Part shown: in pieces, positions 39,091 through 48,625 of the stretch
How positions within the stretch are numbered: position 1 is the first letter of the stretch
Layout: the number at the start of each line of letters is the position of its first letter
DNA from: Parcubacteria group bacterium GW2011_GWA2_43_13
GTDB taxonomy: Bacteria > Patescibacteriota > Patescibacteriia > UBA9629 > GWA2-43-13
Direction: 5' to 3'
Length of the DNA: 64,000 bases
Assembly: GCA_000999025.1 (NCBI GenBank)
Contig: LCFM01000005.1
Coordinates: 71,087 to 135,086 of the forward strand
Position numbers and translations under genes: made by a program
Notes under the pieces: model-generated
The model's database searches: none
What the model saw: the letters and a program-made list of their open reading frames with translations, nothing else
Told to the model about the DNA's origin: nothing

Positions 39091-40878
39091 CTATTTTAAT
39101 GTTCTTTTTGTTTTGATATACCATTCTGCGATACGCGCAAACCTGTCAGACGGAGTTGCAATACTTGTTTGAGTAAATCCTTTAATTGCTTGAGGAAGTA
39201 CATATGTATATGTCGGCGAGTATAAAAATACTGCAGGAATATCTTGATTGAGAATATCTTGAAATTGTTTATATTTTTCTCCCCGTGTTTCCGGATCAAT
39301 TATTTTTCGCGCTTCTTCAAGGAGCGCGTCTGCCTTTTTATTTGAAAAAAGCGAAAGATTTAATCCCGGTGATTGTATTTGAGATGAATGCCAGAATGGA
39401 TACGGGTCAGGATCAGGTCCTAATACTTCTCCGTAAAGAAGCGCTTCGTACGCGCGTACATTGATAATATCTGATGTAATTTTTTTATGTGAGACCAAGC
39501 GGACGTAGGTAATGATTCCGACGCTTTGTAAATCCGTTCGGATGGTGTTTGCAAGGGCAGTCATTTCCGGCTGATCGACTGTAGTAATGGTGAGAGATAA
39601 CAGAGAACCTTGTTTTATGCGATAGGATGAAATGTCGTCCGGCAGTTGCGGAGCGGTGTCTGATGAAATCGTGTTTTTATTTTCTTCATCTTGAGCGTCC
39701 TCATCTGTTTTTTTACTTGCTTCATACTCATCTTTTGAAATAAGTTTCCACCCGGCTTCTATTAAAAGTTGCTGTGCGCGTTCTGTGTTGAATTCATAGC
39801 GCGTCACACTATCATGGTAGCCGATCGCATTTTTAGGAATAGGCGCGTCAATAATTTCAATGGGCGCCGATCCTGCGGTATTGGCGAGTGCGGGTTTATT
39901 GATTGCGTGAGCAATGGCAGTTCGCACTTTTTTATCTTTGAGAGCGTCATTATTATTTTGATTGAAAAAGAGAGCAGTGTATTGGGGGAGGGACAAGGTG
40001 TGAAAGTTAAGGGAGTTCGCGCCTTTAAGGGAACCTTTTAAATTTGGAGGAAGAAAGCTCAATCCATCTGTACTGCTGTTTTCTAATGCATTCACAGCGC
40101 TTGTGAAGTCAGGATAAAATTTGAATGTGATGTCTTTGAGCATTGGCCCTGTTGCATAGTAATGCGGGTTTCTCTCCAAGGTGTATTGTTTAATTGATCC
40201 GTTGCTGTCTTTGGAAAGAGATTTAAATTGATACGGGCCGCTTCCGATAGGGTTAATAAGGTTAATACGCGCAAGCGTCGCTGACTTTGGATCAATAGAG
40301 CTCCAGATGTGTTCAGGAAGAATACCAACAGTCAGTGTGGAGAGAAACGGAGCAAAGGGTTGTTCTAATTGAAATTGGATTGTCTGCTCATCTATTTGTT
40401 GTATTTTTACGTTTTTAAAATTAGGATATAGCGGACTTTTATAATTTTGATCTTGGATCGCGGCGATGGTGAATAACACATCATTGATAGTCACGGATTT
40501 GCCGTCATGCCAGATGATGTCGGAACGGAGTGTGATGGTATACGTTTTTTGATCATCGGCAATAGTGTATTTTTCCGCGAGATCGGGGATAAATGAAGCC
40601 CCGTCATATTTTAAAAGTCCGGAAAACACCAGATGTGAGATGTCGCTATCCACTTCATTTGATGAGGCGTACAGGGGATTGATGTAGGTTGGTTGCCCAA
40701 CAATGGCTTCAATGTATTTTCCGCCAATAGCAGGAGCTTCTTGTGTATTTTGCCATACAATATGAACAGCAAGAAGCGCAATAAGGATGATGGCGGTGAC
40801 ACTTGTGGTATATAAAATACGCTTTTCTTTTTGCGAAAGAAATCGTGTTAAATAACGAAGTTGTGGAATGCTGGGCAA
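39091..40878 (-). CDS. ABC transporter peptide-binding protein (SBP family 5); true start probably upstream
   Basis: INPLY, LVFSGL, WHDGKSVTINDVLFT, PIGSGPY, DPYPFWHSSQ. Confidence 0.9.
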   Translation of the reverse strand: MPSIPQLRYLTRFLSQKEKRILYTTSVTAIILIALLAVHIVWQNTQEAPAIGGKYIEAIVGQPTYINPLYASSNEVDSDISHLVFSGLLKYDGASFIPDLAEKYTIADDQKTYTITLRSDIIWHDGKSVTINDVLFTIAAIQDQNYKSPLYPNFKNVKIQQIDEQTIQFQLEQPFAPFLSTLTVGILPEHIWSSIDPKSATLARINLINPIGSGPYQFKSLSKDSNGSIKQYTLERNPHYYATGPMLKDITFKFYPDFTSAVNALENSSTDGLSFLPPNLKGSLKGANSLNFHTLSLPQYTALFFNQNNNDALKDKKVRTAIAHAINKPALANTAGSAPIEIIDAPIPKNAIGYHDSVTRYEFNTERAQQLLIEAGWKLISKDEYEASKKTDEDAQDEENKNTISSDTAPQLPDDISSYRIKQGSLLSLTITTVDQPEMTALANTIRTDLQSVGIITYVRLVSHKKITSDIINVRAYEALLYGEVLGPDPDPYPFWHSSQIQSPGLNLSLFSNKKADALLEEARKIIDPETRGEKYKQFQDILNQDIPAVFLYSPTYTYVLPQAIKGFTQTSIATPSDRFARIAEWYIKTKRTLK

Positions 40879-41022
40879 TTTTCTTTTATGGAGCGATCTG
40901 ACGAGTCGCTGATCAAGGGTCGGGCCAGCATTATTATTTTTTCTAAAAATCAGAGGAAAAAACGATACTAAAGAGAGGCCTGCTAAAGATTCGGGCGTAC
41001 TCTTTTTATTGTAATAGTTGAA

Positions 41023-41238
41023 TTATGCAAGAAAGAGTGATGCGAATGCACTACCTGCGAACAGGACGGCGATGACGGTAGTTGCAATAAACAGGACTTT
41101 TTCAGCCCCGCGTTTTGTTCTAAAAACAGTTCCACCTCCTCCGAATACTTCGCCTAATCCAGCACCACGCGATTGAAGCAATATCGAACCGACAAGAAGA
41201 CCTGATAGAATGATTTGTGCTATATAGAGCCATTTCAT
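41023..41238 (-). CDS. secG: Preprotein translocase subunit SecG
   Basis: ILLQSRGAGLGEVFGG...TKRGAEK between two TMs. Confidence 0.92.
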   Translation of the reverse strand: MKWLYIAQIILSGLLVGSILLQSRGAGLGEVFGGGGTVFRTKRGAEKVLFIATTVIAVLFAGSAFASLFLA

Positions 41239-41295
41239 ACATTCAAAAATATCATCTATTACTATACCATGAGAATAGTTTACGAGTCAATGTTG

Positions 41296-42410
41296 TGCGC
41301 TGGTTCATATGATAGTATCCACCTAAGGGTTGTTCACCCGTATGAAAGGCAGATACTCTGGAAGCCATATGACTATCTATGGCTCAATCCTCCCAGGCGC
41401 GATTTCCATTGCCCGTTGGGCAAACAAAATCCAGCCTCTCACAGCACAAGCTAAACATACATTAAAGGTACTCGACTGGCACCGCACCCACGGCAACAAT
41501 ATCTCTTTAACCGCGCGTCATTTCTGCCTTACCAGAAAGACGGTTGCCTCCTGGCAGTATAAATTCAGTTGCTATGGTCCAATCGGGCTCAACCAACAAT
41601 CACGAAAACCTAAACACCTCCGACAACCCACTACCTCGAAACAGATAACATCAGAGGCAGTAACCCTCAAAAAACAATATCCAGCTTGGTCTAAATACAA
41701 AATTCAGAAACTCATGGAACACAAAGGTGTTAAAACTTCAGCCAGCACCGTTGGTAGAATCTTTAAGCGTAAAGGATTGATTAACAAAAAAGTGTCTGCT
41801 AAACGAAGGAAAGCCGCTATTCGTCCAAAAGCAAGATTTCCGCGAGGATTCAGGGTTTCCAACCCAGGAGATATGGTTCAAATTGATACGAAACAGGTTA
41901 ATCTTATCGCAGGCAGAAAGCTTTACCAGTTCACTGCCATTGATGTCTTAACCAAGCAGAGAGTGTTACGATACTATCCCTCGCTCTCCTCAAAAAATGG
42001 CTCTCTGTTTTTACAGGAATGCATAGAAACCTTCCCTTTTACCATCAGGGCGGTACAGACGGATAACGGATCAGAGTTCCTTAAATCCTTCCATGCCACG
42101 TGTCTTGAACGAACTATCCCTCATTACTTCATCTATCCTCGCACCCCTAAACAAAATGCATATGTGGAAAATTCCCACGGCTCGGACGAGAAAGAATTCT
42201 ACCTACAAGGCATTGTCTGTTCTAATCTCCTCGTTATGCAAACACGACTGAAACAATGGCAGAATACATGGAATGAAATCAGACCCCATGCCGCACTCAA
42301 CTACCTCACCCCCAAAGAATATTTTATGAAGTGGCAACATGGTAGATTGCCTACAAAAGACACCATAACTTTACAAACCTAACTGGATACTATGTATCTG
42401 AACCTGGACA
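41296..42410 (+). mobile_element. IS481-like insertion sequence, complete
   Basis: IRL TGCGCTGGTTCATATGATAGTATCCA; IRR(rc) TGTCCAGGTTCAGATACATAGTATCCA; TGTTG duplicated at 41291-95 and 42411-15. Confidence 0.85.
41342..42382 (+). CDS. DDE transposase (rve integrase core, IS481-like)
   Basis: HTH N-terminus, QIDTK, TAID, QTDNGSEF, NAYVE, RPHAALNYLTP. Confidence 0.92.
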   Translation: MKGRYSGSHMTIYGSILPGAISIARWANKIQPLTAQAKHTLKVLDWHRTHGNNISLTARHFCLTRKTVASWQYKFSCYGPIGLNQQSRKPKHLRQPTTSKQITSEAVTLKKQYPAWSKYKIQKLMEHKGVKTSASTVGRIFKRKGLINKKVSAKRRKAAIRPKARFPRGFRVSNPGDMVQIDTKQVNLIAGRKLYQFTAIDVLTKQRVLRYYPSLSSKNGSLFLQECIETFPFTIRAVQTDNGSEFLKSFHATCLERTIPHYFIYPRTPKQNAYVENSHGSDEKEFYLQGIVCSNLLVMQTRLKQWQNTWNEIRPHAALNYLTPKEYFMKWQHGRLPTKDTITLQT

Positions 42411-42451
42411 TGTTGGTCTTTTTACCTGCGCATCGTATAATACAGTGTGAT

Positions 42452-44563
42452 ATGAGTATTCTTGATGGATTGAATGAGAATCAACAACGGGCTGTCCAGC
42501 ACGTGGACGGGCCTGTTTTAGTTTTGGCAGGCGCTGGGAGCGGTAAAACTCGCACGCTTGCGCATCGGATAGCGTATATTATTTCTGAAAAGAAAAAGAG
42601 CTCATCTTCGGTGCTTGCGGTAACATTTACGAACAAAGCGGCTCAAGAAATGAGAGAGCGTGTAGTGAAACTCTTGCGTATTCCTGTACGGAGCATGCCT
42701 CGATTCACTACTGATCTTGATCAGCAGATATTTCCAGTAATGGGTACGTTTCATTCCATTAGCGTTCGTATATTAAGGAAAGAGGGAGGATTGTTAGGGT
42801 ATAAACCTGATTATGCGATTTATGATGAGCACGATCAAAAAGCCGCGATAAAACAGGCAATGGATGAGCTTGGTATCTCTCCCAAAGAAATCAATCCGCA
42901 AAATATTGCATGGATGATATCTTCGGCAAAAAATAAACTCTTGACCCCTGTTGATTATGCAGGCAAAGCAGACGGGTTTTTGGAGGAAATCGCATCTCGG
43001 GTGTATCAATCGTATCAGGATATTTTACGCCGTCATCAGGCAATGGATTTTGATGATTTGATTATGAATGTTGTTGGGCTGTTCGAAACATATCCCGACC
43101 TACTTGAACGCTATCAGGATCGGTTTCAGTATATTCTGATTGATGAGTATCAGGACACGAATACTGCTCAGTATCGGTGGGTTTCATTATTGGCGAAAAA
43201 GAATCAAAATATTTTTGTCGTTGGCGATGACTGGCAGGCAATTTATGGGTGGCGCGGAGCGGATTTTCATAATATCTTGAATTTCGAAAAAGAATATCCA
43301 AAGGTGAAAGTATTTTATTTGGAACAGAATTATCGTTCAACGCAACCGATCTTGGATTTGGGTAATTTTATCATCAAGCAAAATACGCATCAAAAAGATA
43401 AGACCTTGTGGACTGAAAATCATTCAGGTGATAAACCGAGAATTATTGAAGTTGAAGACGAGTGGCGGGAAGGGGAATGTATTTTGAACGCGCTTGGAAA
43501 GAAACGCAAAAAAGAAAGCGCATTTGATGATATTGTATATGAATATGATGACGGGAAGCGGGTTGCGGGCATGTCAATTCTTGAGCGCATTATGCAGGAA
43601 CAACGCGCTAAAAAAGATCAAGAGCGCGGTTGGGAAAAACGGTCATATGATATTGATTTTTCAGGGGTTACTCTTTCGGATAGCGTGGTGTTGTATCGTA
43701 CGAATGCTCAATCCCGCGCACTTGAAGAAGTATTGCTGACGTTCGGGGTTCCATATCGCATTATCGGCGGATTAAAGTTTTATGATCGTAAAGAAATTAA
43801 AGATATGCTCGCTCTGTTGCGGTTTGTGTATAATCAGGATGATCTTGTAAGCTTTGATCGAGTAATTGATGTGGTTGGAGAAGGGATCGGGCCGAAAACT
43901 ATTTCAATGGTGCGGCAGTGTTCTCGTACACGAGGATTGCCTGTCATTGAAGTAATGAAGAACGCAGTTGAGTTTATTGATGTGTCTGATGCCCGGGCGC
44001 AGAAATTAGTTGCTTTTGGCGAGATGATAGAAGATTTACTGGTTCGATTAGAAGATACAGGACTGGATGATTTTATTGATATTGTGGGGAAAAGGACAGG
44101 ATATTTTTCTTTGCTTAATGACGGCAGTCCAGAAAATCAGGCACGATTAGAAAATATCGCAGAGCTTAAAACAGTGGCAAAAAAGTTTCGGCAAGAGAAG
44201 GGTGTGCAAGGGCTATCTTTGTTTTTGGAAGAGGTTGCGTTATTGACTGATCTTGATCGGGAAGATGCGCGAGGGGATCAGCTAACATTGATGACGCTTC
44301 ATAGCGCAAAAGGATTAGAATTTAAAACAGTGTTTGTTGCCGGGTGTGAAGAAGGGTTACTGCCTCATTCAAACAGTATGATGAGGCCGGAAGAGTTGGA
44401 AGAAGAGCGGCGATTGTGCTATGTTGGAATCACGCGTGCAAAAGAGAATTTGTATTTAACGCATACGCGGCAAAGAACTATTTTTGGCAAAACCATGGTG
44501 AATCTTCCCTCCCAGTTCATTGCTGATATGCCGGATGAATTGGTTGAGAGGATTATATTATAA
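42452..44563 (+). CDS. pcrA: ATP-dependent DNA helicase PcrA/UvrD
   Basis: AGAGSGKT, TFTNKAA, DEYQDTN, LEQNYRS, TLHSAKGLEF, YVGITRA; TATAAT at 42436. Confidence 0.96.
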   Translation: MSILDGLNENQQRAVQHVDGPVLVLAGAGSGKTRTLAHRIAYIISEKKKSSSSVLAVTFTNKAAQEMRERVVKLLRIPVRSMPRFTTDLDQQIFPVMGTFHSISVRILRKEGGLLGYKPDYAIYDEHDQKAAIKQAMDELGISPKEINPQNIAWMISSAKNKLLTPVDYAGKADGFLEEIASRVYQSYQDILRRHQAMDFDDLIMNVVGLFETYPDLLERYQDRFQYILIDEYQDTNTAQYRWVSLLAKKNQNIFVVGDDWQAIYGWRGADFHNILNFEKEYPKVKVFYLEQNYRSTQPILDLGNFIIKQNTHQKDKTLWTENHSGDKPRIIEVEDEWREGECILNALGKKRKKESAFDDIVYEYDDGKRVAGMSILERIMQEQRAKKDQERGWEKRSYDIDFSGVTLSDSVVLYRTNAQSRALEEVLLTFGVPYRIIGGLKFYDRKEIKDMLALLRFVYNQDDLVSFDRVIDVVGEGIGPKTISMVRQCSRTRGLPVIEVMKNAVEFIDVSDARAQKLVAFGEMIEDLLVRLEDTGLDDFIDIVGKRTGYFSLLNDGSPENQARLENIAELKTVAKKFRQEKGVQGLSLFLEEVALLTDLDREDARGDQLTLMTLHSAKGLEFKTVFVAGCEEGLLPHSNSMMRPEELEEERRLCYVGITRAKENLYLTHTRQRTIFGKTMVNLPSQFIADMPDELVERIIL

Positions 44564-44565
44564 TG

Positions 44566-44679
44566 CGATCCTAATCCGTCGGCTGGCGGAACGAATAACA
44601 TCTGAATGAATCCGAATATAGCGAATTGCCGTCATTAGGAATATTCGTAGATTCGGATGTATTCGTAGATTCGGATTGC
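44566..44679. repeat. ATCCTAATC family element with nested TCCGTCGGCTGGCGGA
   Basis: gcgatcctaa-tccgtcggctggcgga-acgaata ... attcgtagattcggat x2. Confidence 0.8.
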
Positions 44680-44689
44680 TTCAGATACT

Positions 44690-45388
44690 ATGAAAACAGC
44701 AATTATTATTGGAGGCACGGGCGGCATTGGTCGCGCGATTAGCCAAATGTTAAGTAAGGAATTTTCCATTGCCGTATCTGGGTTGCGTCAGGAGGAAGTT
44801 GACAAGGTTCTTTCAGAACTTGGTCATGGTTATTGGGGTAGGGCGTTTGACGCAACGTCAAGTAAGGATGTGAACACATTTATTGCTCAAGTCAAAGAGC
44901 GTTATGGTTCAGTGGATGTATTGGTTAATAGTCAAGGGTTGTTTGTGGAAGGCGCAATTGAAACAATGACAGATGAACAGTGGAAAAAGATTATGGAAGT
45001 GAATCTCTCCAGTGTGTTTTATAGCTGTCGGGCCGTTGTCCCGATAATGAAACAGCAGGGGAGTGGGTTTATTATCAATATCAGTTCTATTGCCGGTGAG
45101 GTTGGATTTCCAAATGAAACACTCTATGTGTCATCTAAATTTGCTGTGAATGGGCTTTCAGAGGCCTTGTATAAAGAACTAAAACAGTATAATATCCGCG
45201 TAACTGCTCTGTGTCCGGGGCTTGTGGATACGCCACTTGCTCGACAGGGCTTTGATCTTTCCGAGGATCAATGGAAAGAGGCGCTTGCGCCGATTGATGT
45301 GGCTCGTGTTGTGTATAATCTGGTTACTATGCCAGCAACAACCCAGTTCATATCAAAAATCACCATTGATCCCAAACTGACGTTTTAG
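44690..45388 (+). CDS. SDR family oxidoreductase
   Basis: GGTGGIG, NISS, YVSSK catalytic motif, PGLVDT. Confidence 0.93.
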   Translation: MKTAIIIGGTGGIGRAISQMLSKEFSIAVSGLRQEEVDKVLSELGHGYWGRAFDATSSKDVNTFIAQVKERYGSVDVLVNSQGLFVEGAIETMTDEQWKKIMEVNLSSVFYSCRAVVPIMKQQGSGFIINISSIAGEVGFPNETLYVSSKFAVNGLSEALYKELKQYNIRVTALCPGLVDTPLARQGFDLSEDQWKEALAPIDVARVVYNLVTMPATTQFISKITIDPKLTF

Positions 45389-45397
45389 GAGAAATCC

Positions 45398-46117
45398 ATG
45401 GCTGATGTCAGAAAAGACCGAATCACGTTCGTGGTTTTCGGTCCCTACGGTAATGTTGGGTTGGCAGTGAGCAGAATGATCGCTGAATACTTCTCAGCGA
45501 GTCGTGTGACTCTGTGTTCACGCGACAGTTGCCGATTAACGGCACTGCGGCGCGATGTGTTTACTGATTCAAAGAGAGTGAACGTGATGGCAGGCGACGT
45601 GGCAGAGCCATCCGTTGCTTTCGACGCCATTCATTCCACGCACAATCAATGTGAATTGTGTGTTGTGATAGACGCATCAGGCACGTGGCGCGGCGTGGAA
45701 GAAGATTTCTCAGCAGAAAGGGTTTTGAGCTACCTTGCGCCAGCCGTCCGTATTTACGAGGCGGTATGTCGCCTGACCAGCTTCTTACCATTGCATTATC
45801 TGTACTTGGCTGGCTCAGTGGCAGGCACGGTATTGCCGTTTTTTCCTGGGCAGTTCGAGTACTCGCTTGCGAAGTTGGCAATGCACCATTGCCTGGTGTC
45901 AGGACATGAACGAGGGGTAGGTTTTACGATATCCATGGCCACGCTCGGCCTGGTTGAGGGTACTGATCTCTCCAAGCTCGGACCTGGAACGCGCGTGACA
46001 GATACTCTCGTGGATCCGCGCGAGGTCGCACATTGGGCACTCGAACGGATCAATAATCCAGAGGGCACTGAGTGGTACAAAACATTTCTTGGCAACTATC
46101 AGGTGGTCGTCGAGTGA
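45398..46117 (+). CDS. Divergent SDR-like Rossmann-fold protein
   Basis: VFGPYGNVG, YSLAK; SD AGGAG; GC-richer than neighbours. Confidence 0.7.
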   Translation: MADVRKDRITFVVFGPYGNVGLAVSRMIAEYFSASRVTLCSRDSCRLTALRRDVFTDSKRVNVMAGDVAEPSVAFDAIHSTHNQCELCVVIDASGTWRGVEEDFSAERVLSYLAPAVRIYEAVCRLTSFLPLHYLYLAGSVAGTVLPFFPGQFEYSLAKLAMHHCLVSGHERGVGFTISMATLGLVEGTDLSKLGPGTRVTDTLVDPREVAHWALERINNPEGTEWYKTFLGNYQVVVE

Positions 46118-46152
46118 GCCGGAGTATCGGCTTATCTTGTTCTCTATACTGG

Positions 46153-46199
46153 AATCTGGAAATGCGAAAGAAAGGCGCATTCCCAGATTTATTTTTTTA
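46153..46199 (+). terminator. Intrinsic terminator
   Basis: aatctggaaatgcg...cgcattcccagatt + tattttttt. Confidence 0.7.
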
Positions 46200-46320
46200 T
46201 CCGCAGTTTCGCGAGTTTTTTTACAGATGATCCAGATACAATCATTTTGATTTTTTTCTTTTTTTCGCGGCGAGTTATTTTTTGTTCTGTACGTTTTTCT
46301 GTGATGGTTTTGTTTTGCAT
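46189..46320 (-). CDS. Small basic protein (43 aa), absent from ORF track
   Basis: Hand translation MQNKTITEKRTEQKITRREKKKKIKMIVSGSSVKKLAKLRIKK*. Confidence 0.55.
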   Translation of the reverse strand: MQNKTITEKRTEQKITRREKKKKIKMIVSGSSVKKLAKLRIKK

Positions 46321-46362
46321 AGGATTAAATGCGTGGATGATATTTTATGAACGTATACTACG

Positions 46363-46400
46363 ATTCGTAGATTCGGATGTCATGTGTAGATTAGGATTGC
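46363..46400. repeat. Half copy of ATCCTAATC family element
   Basis: attcgtagattcggatgtcatgtgtagattaggattgc. Confidence 0.75.
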
Positions 46401-46401
46401 C

Positions 46402-48261
46402 TTATAAATATTCCCGGAACTGCTGTGTTAATTGTTTCCCAAGAATAGGGGAGAGTTCATCATCAGTCGCATTTTTAATGCCACTAATATCGCCAAATAT
46501 TTTGAACAACTTTTTTTTACGCTTTGGACCGATACCTGGGATTGAATCCAAGAGAGAAGGGGAGAGTGATGTTGTATGTTTTTTTCTGTAATATTGGATA
46601 GCGAACCGATGCGCTTCATCACGAATATATTGCAAAATATGGAGTTTTGTGGTGCCTGTGGATAACTTTTTTAATGTGAAAGGGGATTGGGGTCTCCCCT
46701 CTCTCCATGTTGGTAAAAAAATATCTTCTTGTTTTTTTGCCAATGCAATAATTGGGATATCTAAATGTAACGCATGCCATACGCTTATGGCTGATGATAA
46801 TTGCCCCTTTCCCCCATCAATAATAACCAAGTCCGGCTTGGGCCAGATCATCTTTTGCGTGAGACATTCGTTATGATTTGTGATAGGTTTGTGATGATGC
46901 GCAAAGCGGCGTATGAGCACTTCTTTTATCATAGCAAAATCATTTGATCCTTTCACTGTTTTGATAGAGAATTTTCTATATTCGTTTTTTGCAGGTATGC
47001 CATCAATAAACACAACCATCGAAGCAACTGGATACGTTCCTTGGATATTTGAAATGTCATAACATTCAATTCTGTGAGGAATGATAGGAAGAGCCATGTC
47101 CTTCTTTAGCTCTTTCAGTACGCTGGTGTGATTTTTCAATGGTTGATACTGCTCCCAGTCAGGCCGTGATTGTGTGAGATATTCGCATGCATTTTTTTCT
47201 GCCAGTGTAAGGAGTTTTCGTTTTTTTCCCTTTATTGGAACTGAAAAAGTAACGTCAACGCCACACACTGCAGATAGCGCTGACTGTGATAGAGACGGAA
47301 TATAGGGGAGAATGATTTCGCGTGGCAGGTCAGGGGCGTGAGTGTAGTATTGTGATAAAAATGACGCTTCAATATCAGGGAGAGAATCATATCGCGTGTG
47401 GGTGAGTATGAATTGAAATTTTTCAATCACATTCCCCTGTCGAATTTTTAAAAGAGTTACTGCGACCTGATCATGTTCATCATCGCGCACAAAACTGATA
47501 GCATCTTGGCTTACCTTTTTTTGTTGAATGATTGATTGTTGAGTGGGCTCTAATGCCTTGAGCGCGTGAATGCGATCGCGCCACTTCCCGGCTGATTCAT
47601 ATTCTTTTTGAGAGCTTGCGTATTCCATTTTTTGAATAAACAATCGTAACGCGTTATCAGTATCCCCTTGTAAAATCGAAATGATGGCATTGATGATTTC
47701 GTGATATTCTTTTTTAAGATGACTGTTTTGTTCCGCCTCTTGTGTGTGCACGCAGGGTTCTGTGCATCGTTTCATGTAATACTGAAGACATGGACGTGAA
47801 GATCCTTTTTCTTTTGTTCTGTAAGGAAAGATATGTTTTAGCGCGCGAAGTGCGATATGAATGGCGTAGGTTGAAAGGTAAGGACCGAAATACCGCGCCG
47901 TGCGTGTGGAAGTCGGCCTGCGGACAATGGTTACAGTAGGCCATTCTGTTTTTTGCGTTATTTTTATGTATGCGTGGCTTTTATCGTCTTTTAGTATGAT
48001 GTTATGCGCTGGCTGATGTTTTTTAATGAGGATAGATTCCAATATCAATGCCTCGGTTTCATTGGTTGTAACAATGGTTTCGATGTTCGTGATTTTTGAT
48101 ATCATCTGGCGTTTGTGTTCTTTAAGGTTTTGTATGTTTTGCCAATACGAACTCACCCTTTTTTTAAGGTTTTTTGCTTTGCCAATGTATAAGATGGCGG
48201 TTTCATTTTTGAATATATACACGCCTGGAGATGTCGAAATTTTACTTATGTCAGGTAACAT
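46402..48261 (-). CDS. uvrC: Excinuclease ABC subunit C
   Basis: PGVYIF...YIGKAKNLKKRVSSY, RIECYDIS, IDGGKGQ, IRDEAHRFA, HhH; start ATG 48261. Confidence 0.97.
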   Translation of the reverse strand: MLPDISKISTSPGVYIFKNETAILYIGKAKNLKKRVSSYWQNIQNLKEHKRQMISKITNIETIVTTNETEALILESILIKKHQPAHNIILKDDKSHAYIKITQKTEWPTVTIVRRPTSTRTARYFGPYLSTYAIHIALRALKHIFPYRTKEKGSSRPCLQYYMKRCTEPCVHTQEAEQNSHLKKEYHEIINAIISILQGDTDNALRLFIQKMEYASSQKEYESAGKWRDRIHALKALEPTQQSIIQQKKVSQDAISFVRDDEHDQVAVTLLKIRQGNVIEKFQFILTHTRYDSLPDIEASFLSQYYTHAPDLPREIILPYIPSLSQSALSAVCGVDVTFSVPIKGKKRKLLTLAEKNACEYLTQSRPDWEQYQPLKNHTSVLKELKKDMALPIIPHRIECYDISNIQGTYPVASMVVFIDGIPAKNEYRKFSIKTVKGSNDFAMIKEVLIRRFAHHHKPITNHNECLTQKMIWPKPDLVIIDGGKGQLSSAISVWHALHLDIPIIALAKKQEDIFLPTWREGRPQSPFTLKKLSTGTTKLHILQYIRDEAHRFAIQYYRKKHTTSLSPSLLDSIPGIGPKRKKKLFKIFGDISGIKNATDDELSPILGKQLTQQFREYL

Positions 48262-48262
48262 A

Positions 48263-48291
48263 TTGACTTTTTTATTGAATTTCAGTATATT
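48263..48291 (+). promoter_or_regulatory. Sigma70 promoter of small orphan ORF
   Basis: TTGACT-17-TATATT. Confidence 0.6.
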
Positions 48292-48325
48292 GTTGATTAA
48301 CAAACCAGAGAGAGGAGTACTCGCA

Positions 48326-48493
48326 ATGAAGAGTCGCATTCTTGATGCTCTGCGGCGACTCTTTCGGCGGAGCTTGGTTCCTCGGCAACGCACAACGGTT
48401 GCTGAGGAAGTGTTCCGAGGATTGGAGCGGCAGCGCATTCAAGCGCGCATGCGCCATCTTAGGGAACAAGCTTCCGTTGGAAGTAGTCGATGA
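48326..48493 (+). CDS. Small Arg-rich orphan protein (55 aa)
   Basis: SD GAGAGGAG; MKSRILDALRRLFRRSLVPRQ...; own promoter and terminator. Confidence 0.6.
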   Translation: MKSRILDALRRLFRRSLVPRQRTTVAEEVFRGLERQRIQARMRHLREQASVGSSR

Positions 48494-48522
48494 CGATGCG
48501 AGTTCCAATGCCACTCTCTTGT

Positions 48523-48553
48523 AGCTGTCTCGGGATCCCGAGCGGCTTTTTTT
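48523..48553 (+). terminator. Intrinsic terminator
   Basis: agctgtctcggg-at-cccgagcggct + tttttt. Confidence 0.7.
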
Positions 48554-48625
48554 ATACTTATAATATATAAGGGCTTGTTGGAAAAGGCAAAAAAGAGTAT
48601 AATCAGAAACCGTATTGAGGGCCAT

